A stretch of 64,000 bases of DNA from Chloroflexota bacterium (GTDB lineage Bacteria; Chloroflexota; Dehalococcoidia; Lucifugimonadales; SAR202-VII-2): positions 166-64,165 of the forward strand of contig QEVV01000007.1 of assembly GCA_003228115.1 (NCBI GenBank), in the 5' to 3' direction. The notes below the pieces were generated by a model. It saw nothing but the letters and a program-made list of their open reading frames with translations. It had not been told where the DNA came from and did no database searches. Numbering within the stretch: the stretch's first letter is position 1; each line of letters starts with the position of its first letter. Positions 20,677 through 29,043 of the stretch are shown here, piece after piece. The translations under genes and the position numbers were made by a program.

Positions 20677-22752
20677 TTACCTTACAAGAACTTCCTGGGT
20701 AATGGAGCTTGGCGCCCTCTCGTAGCTGTCGAATTCCATGGAGGCCGCCGCTCTTCCCTGGGTCATCGACCTCAGATCAGTTGTATACCCAGACATCTCC
20801 CCCAAGGGAACTGTCGCGTGAACAATCTGCGTGGCCTCGGCCCCTTCTTGGCCCTCGACCCCGTGAATCTGAGCCCGCCGCCCACTGAGGTCTCCCAAGA
20901 CATCACCAAGGTATTCACCCGGAGTGATAACCTCGACCTTCATGACGGGTTCCAGCAGGTAAGGCTTCGCTCGACGCATGGCCTCCTTGAAGGCCATGGA
21001 CGCAGCAATCTTAAATGCCATTTCCGATGAATCGACGGCGTGGAAGCTGCCGTCCAGCAGGGATACCTTGACGCCTACCACAGGATACCCTGCTACGACG
21101 CCGGTGTCCAAGGCTTCCTTAGCGCCAGCATGCACGCCGGGGACGTACTCCTTGGGAACGGTGCCGCCCACAGTGCGGTTCTCGAACTTGAACGGTTCGG
21201 CAAGCGCCGTAGGCTCCAGCAACAACTCTACGTGCCCATACTGCCCACGTCCACCACTCTGCCGAACGAAGCGGCCCTCCGCTTTGGCGGCCTCCGCGAT
21301 GGTCTCACGGTAAGCGACACGGGGCTTGCCCATGTTGGCGTTGACGTTGAACTCACGCTTCAGCCGATCAACCAAGACCTCCAAGTGCAACTCACCCATA
21401 CCGGATATGAGGGTCTGGCCGGTCTCGTTGTCGTAGCGCACACGGAAAGTTGGGTCCTCATCCGTGAGCTTAATCAGGGCGTCAGTAAGAGAGTCCTGGT
21501 CCGATTTCGTCTTCGGTTCGATGGAAACGGACAGGACGGGCTCTGGAAACTTAATGGCTTCAAGAAGGATAGGAGACTTTTCGTCGCAGATGGTATCGCC
21601 GGTGAAGCAATTCTTCAGGCCCACCGCGGCCGCAATGTTGCCGGTAGGAATGGTCTCCGATTCTTCTCTACGGTTGGCGTGCATCCGAAGAAGCCGGCCA
21701 ATCCGCTCCCGCTTCTCCTTCGTGGCATTCAGCACCATAGCGCCGGACTTGGCGACGCCGGAGTATACGCGGAAGTAGACTACACGCCCAACAAAAGGAT
21801 CCGTGACGACCTTGAAAGCCAGGGCAGAGAACGGCTCGTCATCACTGACCTTCCGGCTCTGGGGTTCCCCAGAAATGGGGTGGACCCCCTCGACCGGCGG
21901 GACATCCAATGGCGAGGGAAGGTAGGCCAGCACGGCATCCAGCATGGGTTGAACAGCCATGTTCTTAAGAGCCGACCCGCCGACCACAGGAACTGCAGTA
22001 CGGGCAAGGGTCGCCTTTCTAAGCGCCGTACGAATCTCTTCTCCGGTGATGTCAGCCCCATCCAAGTACTTAGCCATGAGGCCATCGTCAAGCTCTGCGA
22101 CCTGTTCAACCATGATAGCGCGAGCTTTATCGAACTCCGCCTTCATGTCGTCGGGCACGGGACGCTCTTCGGCCGTCATCGACTGGGAGTCTGCGTAGTA
22201 GTAGGCAACCCCGTCAATGAGGTCAACCATGCCGTGGAATTCACCCTCGCTACCAATGGGAATCTGCACTGGGATCGGGTTGCCTCCCAGACGCTTCTTG
22301 ATTGTGCCGATCGCTCGCAAGAAGTCCGCCCCCACTCTGTCCATCTTATTAATGAAACAGATCCTGGGGACCTTGTACCGTTCAGCTTGGCGCCAGACAG
22401 TCTCAGACTGAGGCTGCACACCAGCAACGCCATCGAAGATGACGACGCCGCCATCAAGCACCCGCAAACTACGCTCAACTTCAGCAGTGAAGTCTACGTG
22501 GCCCGGCGTGTCAATGACATTGATCTGGTAACCCTTCCATTCGGTGGTTGTGGCGGCAGAAGTGATGGTGATGCCCCGTTCTCGTTCCTGGACCATGTAA
22601 TCCATCACGGTGGTGCCGTCGTCAACGGAGCCGAGCTTGTAGGTGCGGCCAGTAAAAAACAGCGCTCTCTCGGTGACGGTGGTCTTTCCCGCGTCGATGT
22701 GAGCGATGAATCCGATATTCCGAATTAAGCGTAAGGGAACCTGTTCGTCCAT
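20677..22752 (-). CDS. fusA: Elongation factor G
   Basis: G motifs 'AHIDAGKTT', 'DTPGHVDF' and 'NKMD'. ATG 22752 ('[14 protein letters not shown]') is preferred; the track ORF adds 19 unsupported codons reaching into rpsG. Confidence 0.96.
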   Translation of the reverse strand: MDEQVPLRLIRNIGFIAHIDAGKTTVTERALFFTGRTYKLGSVDDGTTVMDYMVQERERGITITSAATTTEWKGYQINVIDTPGHVDFTAEVERSLRVLDGGVVIFDGVAGVQPQSETVWRQAERYKVPRICFINKMDRVGADFLRAIGTIKKRLGGNPIPVQIPIGSEGEFHGMVDLIDGVAYYYADSQSMTAEERPVPDDMKAEFDKARAIMVEQVAELDDGLMAKYLDGADITGEEIRTALRKATLARTAVPVVGGSALKNMAVQPMLDAVLAYLPSPLDVPPVEGVHPISGEPQSRKVSDDEPFSALAFKVVTDPFVGRVVYFRVYSGVAKSGAMVLNATKEKRERIGRLLRMHANRREESETIPTGNIAAAVGLKNCFTGDTICDEKSPILLEAIKFPEPVLSVSIEPKTKSDQDSLTDALIKLTDEDPTFRVRYDNETGQTLISGMGELHLEVLVDRLKREFNVNANMGKPRVAYRETIAEAAKAEGRFVRQSGGRGQYGHVELLLEPTALAEPFKFENRTVGGTVPKEYVPGVHAGAKEALDTGVVAGYPVVGVKVSLLDGSFHAVDSSEMAFKIAASMAFKEAMRRAKPYLLEPVMKVEVITPGEYLGDVLGDLSGRRAQIHGVEGQEGAEATQIVHATVPLGEMSGYTTDLRSMTQGRAAASMEFDSYERAPSSITQEVLVR

Positions 22753-22802
22753 GTCTCCTGAACCATTTCCTCTGCTCGCGGCGGTATTGCGACATGCGCC
22801 AC

Positions 22803-23273
22803 CTACCAACGGTAATGTACAAACGCCCTGTTGGCCTCAGCCATACGATGGGTATCCTCTCGACGCTTCGCAGCCGTGCCTTGGCCCCTGGAGGCCTCAA
22901 GCAGCTCTTGCGCCAAGCGCTCCGCCATGGGCCTGCCAGCACGCGCCCTGCAAGCGGTGATCAGCCAGCGCATCGCCAGGGTCTGACCCCGGCTAGCCCG
23001 GACTTCGATCGGCACCTGATAGGTCGCCCCTCCAACACGCCGGGGCTTCACCTCTAGCAATGGGGTGGTGTTCCGCATTGCTAGGTTGAAAACTTCGATG
23101 GCATCCCTATGGGCCTCGCCTTCAACAGCCGCCAAGGCTGTGTAGACAATACGCTGCGCCACTGATTTCTTGCCGCGCTCCATGATCTTGTTAATGAAGC
23201 GAGCCAGATCCCTGCTGCCGTAGCGAGGGTCCGGTAAAACGTCTCGTCTTATTGCTCGATGTCTACGCGCCAT
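22803..23273 (-). CDS. rpsG: 30S ribosomal protein S7
   Basis: 156 aa, '...[19 protein letters not shown]...' matches uS7. Confidence 0.98.
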   Translation of the reverse strand: MARRHRAIRRDVLPDPRYGSRDLARFINKIMERGKKSVAQRIVYTALAAVEGEAHRDAIEVFNLAMRNTTPLLEVKPRRVGGATYQVPIEVRASRGQTLAMRWLITACRARAGRPMAERLAQELLEASRGQGTAAKRREDTHRMAEANRAFVHYRW

Positions 23274-23288
23274 GGGCTCCTTCGGTTG

Positions 23289-23702
23289 CTAACGGCCCTT
23301 CTTGGTGCCGTACTTGCTTCTTCCTCGTTTGCGATTGAGCACGCCACCTGCATCCAATGTCCCTCGCACAATGTGGTAACGAACGCCAGGCAAGTCTTTG
23401 ACCCTGCCGCCCCTTACCAGCACTACTGAGTGTTCCTGGAGGTTGTGGCCCTCTCCGGGGATGTACGCCGTAATCTCCACCCCGTTCGTCAAGCGAACCC
23501 TGGCGACCTTTCGCAGCGCCGAGTTGGGTTTCTTAGGGGTGACCGTCTTCACTTGCACGCACACCCCGCGCCTCTGAGGGCACCCGGGACCACGCGTCGT
23601 GATGTTCTTCAGGGAGTTGTGAACGAAGCGTAGAGCCGGGGCCTTCGGCTTCTTCTTATGAGGCTTTCGGCCTTTGCGAACCAACTGATTGACCGTTGGC
23701 AT
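23289..23702 (-). CDS. rpsL: 30S ribosomal protein S12
   Basis: 137 aa, '[12 protein letters not shown]...[16 protein letters not shown]...'. Confidence 0.98.
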   Translation of the reverse strand: MPTVNQLVRKGRKPHKKKPKAPALRFVHNSLKNITTRGPGCPQRRGVCVQVKTVTPKKPNSALRKVARVRLTNGVEITAYIPGEGHNLQEHSVVLVRGGRVKDLPGVRYHIVRGTLDAGGVLNRKRGRSKYGTKKGR

Positions 23703-23756
23703 TCGATCCCTCTGGAAGTACTAAATTCTCGGGGTTCGACCCCGCGCAACTAAGGG

Positions 23757-23785
23757 AGTGTAGCAGGGCCTGCCACGCCTGTCAA
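23757..23785 (-). promoter_or_regulatory. Sigma70-type promoter of the rpsL super-operon
   Basis: Minus strand reads TTGACA (23785-23780), exactly 17 nt of spacer, then TACACT (23762-23757). It lies about 55 nt upstream of the rpsL ATG. Confidence 0.65.
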
Positions 23786-23851
23786 ACAGGTGTTCTGGGG
23801 TTTTCCCACGGTTCAAGTGAGGGTCATCTGCCTATGACTATGGTAGTAGAA

Positions 23852-23876
23852 AACATGGGGCCCTTAGCCCCATGTT
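23852..23876 (-). terminator. Orphan intrinsic-terminator-like hairpin (minus orientation)
   Basis: 10-bp perfect stem aacatggggc/gccccatgtt with a 5-nt loop. On the minus strand it runs into UUUUCUACU. No annotated minus-strand gene lies upstream of it. Confidence 0.45.
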
Positions 23877-23947
23877 CGATCGTCCTTCATCGTCTACAGT
23901 GATGCTATAGGCGGTCCTACGCAACCGTAACCTAGACCAAGCCGAGC

Positions 23948-23969
23948 CCATTGCAGCATGCTGCAATGG
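23948..23969. promoter_or_regulatory. 22-bp perfect palindrome (candidate operator or hairpin)
   Basis: ccattgcagcatgctgcaatgg equals its own reverse complement. It sits in the 445-nt divergent intergenic region. Confidence 0.4.
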
Positions 23970-24111
23970 ATGTGACGCGAGCGTTAGGCCAAAAGTCCTT
24001 CTCAAAAACACTAGGCGGTCGCCCTTCAGGATGCTAGGCTCAATGGAGAGGCCTATCTGATTTGATGGATGTGGCCCAATCTCAAGGAAGGATGATCCCG
24101 ATGCCCTCAGT

Positions 24112-24132
24112 TAGATATCTAGTAGATATCTA
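24112..24132. repeat. Tandem duplication of an 11-bp unit (tagatatctag), each containing a 10-bp palindrome
   Basis: The sequence reads tagatatcta-g-tagatatcta. It lies between an SD+ATG (24092) and the lipoprotein gene body. Confidence 0.9.
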
Positions 24133-24147
24133 GGTCTTTTTGGTTTC

Positions 24148-25134
24148 TTGCTCGTGGTTTTACTTGCTGCCGCTTGTCAGTCAAGCGACCCGACCTCAAC
24201 GTCCGCTGCTCCTGCAACGGCCACGGTTTCCCCAACGGCCATTCCCGGGGGTACGGGTGTAGCTCCTACGCTCGCTCCCACATCGGCTCCCGACCCAACA
24301 TCGACCCCGGCAGAGGCAGGAACCGGGCTTTTAGAGGTTCGCGTCACGGATAAGCCGGCGCCTGCCATCTCCGCTATTAATTTGATTGTGGAAAACATTG
24401 AAGTCCACAGCGCCGGCTCCGGGGAATGGGAAGTTGCTGTAGAGGGACCCACTACCTTTGACCTTATAGCGGTGAAGGGTATCGAGGAATTGCTGGGCGC
24501 CAGTGCCCTGCCGGTTGGCCGCTACACCCAGGTGCGGCTCAATATCACGGCCGCCACCATCGTTGAAGACGGCGTTGAGGTGGAGGCCATTGTGCCAAGT
24601 GATGTTCTACGCATTGTCGGCACCTTTGTTATCGAAGAGGGAGCCACAACCATAGCCACTCTGGACTTCGATGCCGAACAATCCGTCGTGCGGCAGGGGC
24701 AAAGAGGCTTCCTGCTCCGGCCCGTGGTGAAGCTCTTGGTCCGCGATGGCGATGAGCCGTTCCGGCCACAGCCAGAAAGCACGCACGTCCCCGAAGAAAC
24801 TCCCGTTGCAATCCCGACACCGCGTGCCACGCCTTCTACGCCTGCGACACCGCCCGCCTCCGCCACGCCGGACCCAACCGGGGAGTTCTTTCTCACGATC
24901 GAGAGCCCTGACCGTAGCGAAGCTGTAGTTGCAGAGGCTTCCATAACCATAATTGGCAGGACAAGAATCGACGCCACAATTAGCGTCAACGACATTTTTG
25001 CTGATGTGGACGAGGATGGGCGTTTCCAGGTACCCGTGCAGTTGGAGGAAGGCCCCAACATCATTGAGGTTGTAACAAGCATTTCAACTGGCGAGACCCT
25101 TTCTGAAGTCATCGTCGTTATCTATTCACCCTAG
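24148..25134 (+). CDS. DUF4382-like secreted/lipoprotein with Pro/Thr linker and C-terminal Ig-like domain; 5' end disrupted
   Basis: Lipobox 'LLAAAC', then 'LLEVRVTDKPA...FDL...GRYTQVRL...VPSDVLRIVG...LDFDAEQSV...LRPVVKLLV', a pattern typical of DUF4382. TTG 24148 is only the first canonical in-frame start (see finding). Confidence 0.75.
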   Translation: MLVVLLAAACQSSDPTSTSAAPATATVSPTAIPGGTGVAPTLAPTSAPDPTSTPAEAGTGLLEVRVTDKPAPAISAINLIVENIEVHSAGSGEWEVAVEGPTTFDLIAVKGIEELLGASALPVGRYTQVRLNITAATIVEDGVEVEAIVPSDVLRIVGTFVIEEGATTIATLDFDAEQSVVRQGQRGFLLRPVVKLLVRDGDEPFRPQPESTHVPEETPVAIPTPRATPSTPATPPASATPDPTGEFFLTIESPDRSEAVVAEASITIIGRTRIDATISVNDIFADVDEDGRFQVPVQLEEGPNIIEVVTSISTGETLSEVIVVIYSP

Positions 25135-25137
25135 GAG

Positions 25138-26682
25138 ATGCCACTCATGACCACAGCCATCATGCGCTTGAACCGTTTTCTTGCTCCTATACTCGTCGCC
25201 TTTCTCGTAGCCGCGGGCGGCGCGCCCCACGTCCTGGCTCAGCCAGCTCTGGGGCCCAGCCACGCGCCCATCTGTGAAACAGAGAGAGGCCGGCCGTCTG
25301 ACAAGCCAGTGCCCCCAGGTCAGCTTGTGCGGCGAGGTCTGGTTGGAGACGTGGTTGGGTTGACTTCTGAGGGCCATCTACTAATCGGCATACAGTTCGG
25401 CGTGGTGGAAGTCATTCCTCCCGCCGGGTTTGACGTGGCCACTGCTCCCGTGGGCAGCCGGGTAGCCGCCCTTCTCGAAAAGGAAAACGGCGGAGGCGGA
25501 GACGACGAAGACGGCACGTCCACGCCTCCCACCGATGGTGATGGAACATCTACGCCACCCACTGATGGCGATGGTACGTCCACACCTCCCACTGATGGCG
25601 ATGGAACATCTACGCCTCCCACTGATGGCGATGGAACATCTACGCCTCCTACTGATGGTGATGGAACATCTACGCCACCCACTGATGGTGATGGAACATC
25701 TACGCCACCCACTGATGGTGACGGAACATCTACAACGCCTACCGATGGCGATGGCACGTCCACGCCTCCCACCGATGGTGACGGAACATCTACACCGCCT
25801 ACCGATGGCGATGGCACTTCCACGCCTCCCACTGATGGCGATGGCACTTCCACGCCACCTACCGATGGTGATGGCACATCCACGCCACCGACTACTGATG
25901 ACGAAGCGCCGGCACCCTTCAGGGTCGCACAGGCCAAGAAGATAAAGGTCATTCCTGGTGTGGCATCGCGGCAGCACGTGACGGGGGTCGTGACCGGGGA
26001 GGATGAGGGTACCCTGGAGGTGCTAACGGAAGATGGTGACGTAGAGGATGTTGATTTCTCCAACGAGGGAGGAGTTCAGGACCCCGACGGCACGTCCACA
26101 CCGCCCACTGATGGAGACGGCACGTCCACGCCACCCACCGAAGATGACGACAATGTAGTAAAAGAAGATATAGAGGAAGGCACGGACGCCACCTTGCTTG
26201 TCCAGTGCGATCAGGGTGTGGCGACAGTGAAGAGCCTTCAGAAGACAGAGCGGATTGAAGAACGACTGGAACGCATCCAAGGGAAGCTGGAAGCGGCCGA
26301 CGCCCGAAAGGCTGAGAAGTTGGCTGATCTGCAAGAGCAACAGGAGCAAAGGAAGCAGGATAGGCTGGACAATACCTCCTCCAACGCTCCTGAGGGTAGC
26401 AAGGGAAAGGTTGATAAAGCCAGGGGCAAGCCCGCTGAAGAATGCGACCCGGAGGCTGGCACAACCTGCCCAGACGACAGCGACAAGGGCCAAGGCAGTG
26501 GCAACAGCGACGGCGACAAGGGCCAAGGCAGTGGCAACAGCGACGGCGACAAGGGCCAAGGCAGTGGCAACAGCGACGGCGACAAAGGCCAAAGCGGTGG
26601 TAACGATAACAGCGACAAGGGCAAGGGCGGCGGCGATGAGGAAGAAGACGAGGGGAACGGCAAAGGCAAGGGAAAGAACTAA
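25138..26682 (+). CDS. Secreted low-complexity repeat protein (DGDGTSTPPT x13, coiled-coil, Gly/Asp/Lys-rich tail)
   Basis: Signal peptide 'RLNRFLAPILVAFLVAAGGAPHVLAQ'. ATG 25147 has better SD spacing than ATG 25138. The repeats are conserved at the protein level. Confidence 0.85.
   Translation: MPLMTTAIMRLNRFLAPILVAFLVAAGGAPHVLAQPALGPSHAPICETERGRPSDKPVPPGQLVRRGLVGDVVGLTSEGHLLIGIQFGVVEVIPPAGFDVATAPVGSRVAALLEKENGGGGDDEDGTSTPPTDGDGTSTPPTDGDGTSTPPTDGDGTSTPPTDGDGTSTPPTDGDGTSTPPTDGDGTSTPPTDGDGTSTTPTDGDGTSTPPTDGDGTSTPPTDGDGTSTPPTDGDGTSTPPTDGDGTSTPPTTDDEAPAPFRVAQAKKIKVIPGVASRQHVTGVVTGEDEGTLEVLTEDGDVEDVDFSNEGGVQDPDGTSTPPTDGDGTSTPPTEDDDNVVKEDIEEGTDATLLVQCDQGVATVKSLQKTERIEERLERIQGKLEAADARKAEKLADLQEQQEQRKQDRLDNTSSNAPEGSKGKVDKARGKPAEECDPEAGTTCPDDSDKGQGSGNSDGDKGQGSGNSDGDKGQGSGNSDGDKGQSGGNDNSDKGKGGGDEEEDEGNGKGKGKN
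25504..25893 (+). repeat. 13 tandem 30-nt coding repeats (D[GE]DGTSTPPT)
   Basis: The repeats can be read directly. Two further copies lie at 26080..26139. Confidence 0.95.
26482..26613 (+). repeat. Four tandem 33-nt coding repeats (DKGQGSGNSDG; the last is degenerate)
   Basis: gacaagggccaaggcagtggcaacagcgacggc occurs three times exactly, plus one diverged copy. Confidence 0.9.
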
Positions 26683-26731
26683 CTCGCCTAGCGCCCTGGC
26701 CCAATCGATCTAGCGAGGCCGAAAACTGACA

Positions 26732-26770
26732 AATATGCGGGGTACCTCCAACTGAGGTACCCCGCATATT
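26732..26770. terminator. Bidirectional terminator hairpin between convergent genes
   Basis: 17-bp perfect stem aatatgcggggtacctc/gaggtaccccgcatatt with a 5-nt loop and A/T flanks. Confidence 0.7.
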
Positions 26771-26785
26771 GCTATTGGGACTAGC

Positions 26786-27133
26786 CTACATTTGGATCAA
26801 ACCGATGACGTTTCCCTCGGTGTCTTTGAGCCAGGCGCCCTTCATGGGTCCGATAGTGACTACACCGTCGACCGTCTTGATAGGCTCGTCGTATTCTTCG
26901 AAGGCGGCACCCTTAGCCCTGAGGTCGCTCATCGTGACCTCCAGATTATCAACTTGGAGCCCCAGGACCGTGTGATCTGCCTTTGTGGCGCCTCGTTCGT
27001 AGAGGAAGACATTTGTGCCATCCGCGCAAGCGAAAGTCACGCCGGCTGGGCTCTCGTCCGCAAGGTTGAGACCCAAGGTCTCGCCGTAAAACTTCCTGGC
27101 CCTTTGCATATCAACCACGGGTAGAATTGCCAT
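26786..27133 (-). CDS. VOC (glyoxalase/bleomycin-resistance) family protein
   Basis: 115 aa, 'ILPVVDMQRARKFYGETLGL...GAWLKDTEGNVIGLIQ'. Confidence 0.85.
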   Translation of the reverse strand: MAILPVVDMQRARKFYGETLGLNLADESPAGVTFACADGTNVFLYERGATKADHTVLGLQVDNLEVTMSDLRAKGAAFEEYDEPIKTVDGVVTIGPMKGAWLKDTEGNVIGLIQM

Positions 27134-27303
27134 AGCATTTGATTCCCCTTTCCTATGTGTGAGTGTGCGCGGCCGCAGGCCGACGCTCGCGCAGACTACC
27201 CGACAATCATACCCAGGGCAATGCCGACGGTAATGGCAGGGGCTTTACCTGCTCTGGGCGATTGGGTACCGTAGCGGTTGGACTTTTTTCTCAGGAGGCA
27301 CCG

Positions 27304-28791
27304 TTGGCCACACAGGATCAGTATGACGTCATCGTGGTCGGAGCAGGCAATGCAGCCCTATCAGCTGCCACCGCCGCAGCGGAGCTTGGAGCCAGGGTCA
27401 TTGCCTTGGAAAAAGCGCCGGAGCACCTGCGGGGCGGCAACACCTATTTCACCGGTGGCACCCTTCGCTTTCCCTTCTCCGGCATTGAAGATGTGAAGGA
27501 CTTGATGCCCGACCTATCTGAAGAAGAGGAAGCGGGGGTCGACGTCGGCGAGTACAGCCAGGAGAAGTTCTACAGCGACCTGATGCGGGTTACGGAGGGT
27601 CTGACCGATCCGGAGCTAGCAAACATCCTGGTGACTCAGGCCAATCCGACGATGAAGTGGCTGGGACGGAACGGCATCAAGTGGGTGCTGATGTACCGCA
27701 GACAGGCTTTCAAGATCGGCGACAAGTACCGCTTCTGGGGCGGCCTCATCCTGGAGGCAAGTGGCGGCGGCAAGGGTCTGGCCGACCAACAGTTTGAGAT
27801 TGCCAAGGCCAAGAGCGTCGAGATTCGCTACGAGGCCAAGGTTGCATCGCTTCACGAAGACAACACTGGCAGGGTCATTGGAGTGAGAATAAAGGGGCCG
27901 GAAGGCTACTACGACCTATATGGCAAGACCGTGGTGCTGGCAAGCGGTGGTTTCCAGGCCAACACTGAAATGCGCACGCGCTACCTTGGGGCTGACTGGG
28001 AACTGGCAAAGGTGCGAGGCACCCAGTTCGACACTGGTGATGGTATCCGCATGGCCATGGACATTGGCGCAGCGCCGCATGGGCACTGGAGCTCTTGCCA
28101 TGCCGTTGCCTGGGACCTCAACGCGCCGCCCTACGGCGACCGACGCCTCACCGACCTGTTCCAGAAGCACTCTTACCCATTCGGGATTGTGGTGAATATG
28201 GAAGGCGAACGGTTTGTTGATGAGGGCGCAGACTTCCGCAATTACACCTATGCGAAGTACGGCCGGGAGATCATGAAGCAGTCCAGCCGGGCCGCCGTTC
28301 AAATCTTCGATGCCAAGGTCATGGAGCTTCTTCGGGACGAGTACTTCATTCCTGAGGTAACCTCCGCCCAGGCCGACACCATCGAAGAGTTGGCCAAGCG
28401 GCTGGATATTGACCCAGCAGGGTTGGTCAAGACTGTTGAAGAGTTCAACGCTTCCGTATCCGGCGAGGAGTACAACCCGACGATACTGGACGGCAAGCAC
28501 ACCCAGGGCATTGAGCCCCCCAAGTCCAACTGGGCCCTTCCCATAGATAAGCCCCCGTACGTTGGCTATTCAGTGACCTGCGGCGTTACGTTCACCTTCG
28601 GCGGCCTACGCATCAACAACAAGGGCCAGGTACAGGACACCGAGGAAACCTCTATCCCAGGCCTGTACGCGGCTGGAGAATTGGTAGGGGGATTGTTCTA
28701 CTACAACTATCCGGGTGGCTCAGGGCTCATGGCCGGGGCCGTATTCGGCAAGCTAGCAGGAACAGAGGCGGCGGGCGAGGCGCTGGCCTAG
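27304..28791 (+). CDS. FAD-dependent dehydrogenase, fumarate-reductase/TcuA/KstD-like flavoprotein
   Basis: 'YDVIVVGAGNAALSAATAAAELGARVIALEKAP...GGNTYFTGG'. TTG 27304 lies 5 nt after AGGAGG; the track ORF start 27163 is unsupported. Confidence 0.85.
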   Translation: MATQDQYDVIVVGAGNAALSAATAAAELGARVIALEKAPEHLRGGNTYFTGGTLRFPFSGIEDVKDLMPDLSEEEEAGVDVGEYSQEKFYSDLMRVTEGLTDPELANILVTQANPTMKWLGRNGIKWVLMYRRQAFKIGDKYRFWGGLILEASGGGKGLADQQFEIAKAKSVEIRYEAKVASLHEDNTGRVIGVRIKGPEGYYDLYGKTVVLASGGFQANTEMRTRYLGADWELAKVRGTQFDTGDGIRMAMDIGAAPHGHWSSCHAVAWDLNAPPYGDRRLTDLFQKHSYPFGIVVNMEGERFVDEGADFRNYTYAKYGREIMKQSSRAAVQIFDAKVMELLRDEYFIPEVTSAQADTIEELAKRLDIDPAGLVKTVEEFNASVSGEEYNPTILDGKHTQGIEPPKSNWALPIDKPPYVGYSVTCGVTFTFGGLRINNKGQVQDTEETSIPGLYAAGELVGGLFYYNYPGGSGLMAGAVFGKLAGTEAAGEALA

Positions 28792-28923
28792 GCGGGCCCT
28801 CGAAGGGCAAGAGGCGGCCCTCACCCTTGTCATTGCGAGTCCCAGAACTCCGGGGACGTGGCAATCTGGTGGAGCGGGGTTATTGTGCGAGGCTTTCCCG
28901 GCCTCGGCAGATTGCTTCGCTCG

Positions 28924-29033
28924 CCAAGCTCGCTCGCAACGACGAAAAATCGATTTCTTGTGAAAGAGTGACGTCGCTCTCCCCGCCCAGCCGATCACCA
29001 AGCTCGCTGGGCTCCTTCGCAACGACGAAGAAG
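28924..29033. repeat. Intergenic REP-like repeats (two 'ccaagctcgct...cgcaacgacgaa' copies)
   Basis: Copies at 28924..28949 and 28998..29033. A 'gtcattgcgag...gtggcaatc' hairpin element lies just upstream at about 28826..28866. Confidence 0.7.
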
Positions 29034-29043
29034 CGGGACTTGT

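Noticed and set aside
22753-22809. 19-codon upstream extension of fusA overlapping the rpsG 3' end.
   Set aside because: EF-G homology begins at [14 protein letters not shown] (ATG 22752). The extension is unconserved.
24115-24117. ATA as a non-canonical start for the DUF4382-like lipoprotein gene. It would give a good signal peptide, MSSRYLGLF...
   Set aside because: No SD lies at suitable distance, and the ATA sits inside the duplicated 11-mer. The duplication/frameshift explanation restores both an SD and an ATG and is more parsimonious.
25504-26613. Regularly spaced repeats that could be mistaken for a CRISPR array.
   Set aside because: The units are contiguous with no unique spacers, in frame, and encode a conserved peptide inside a signal-peptide ORF.
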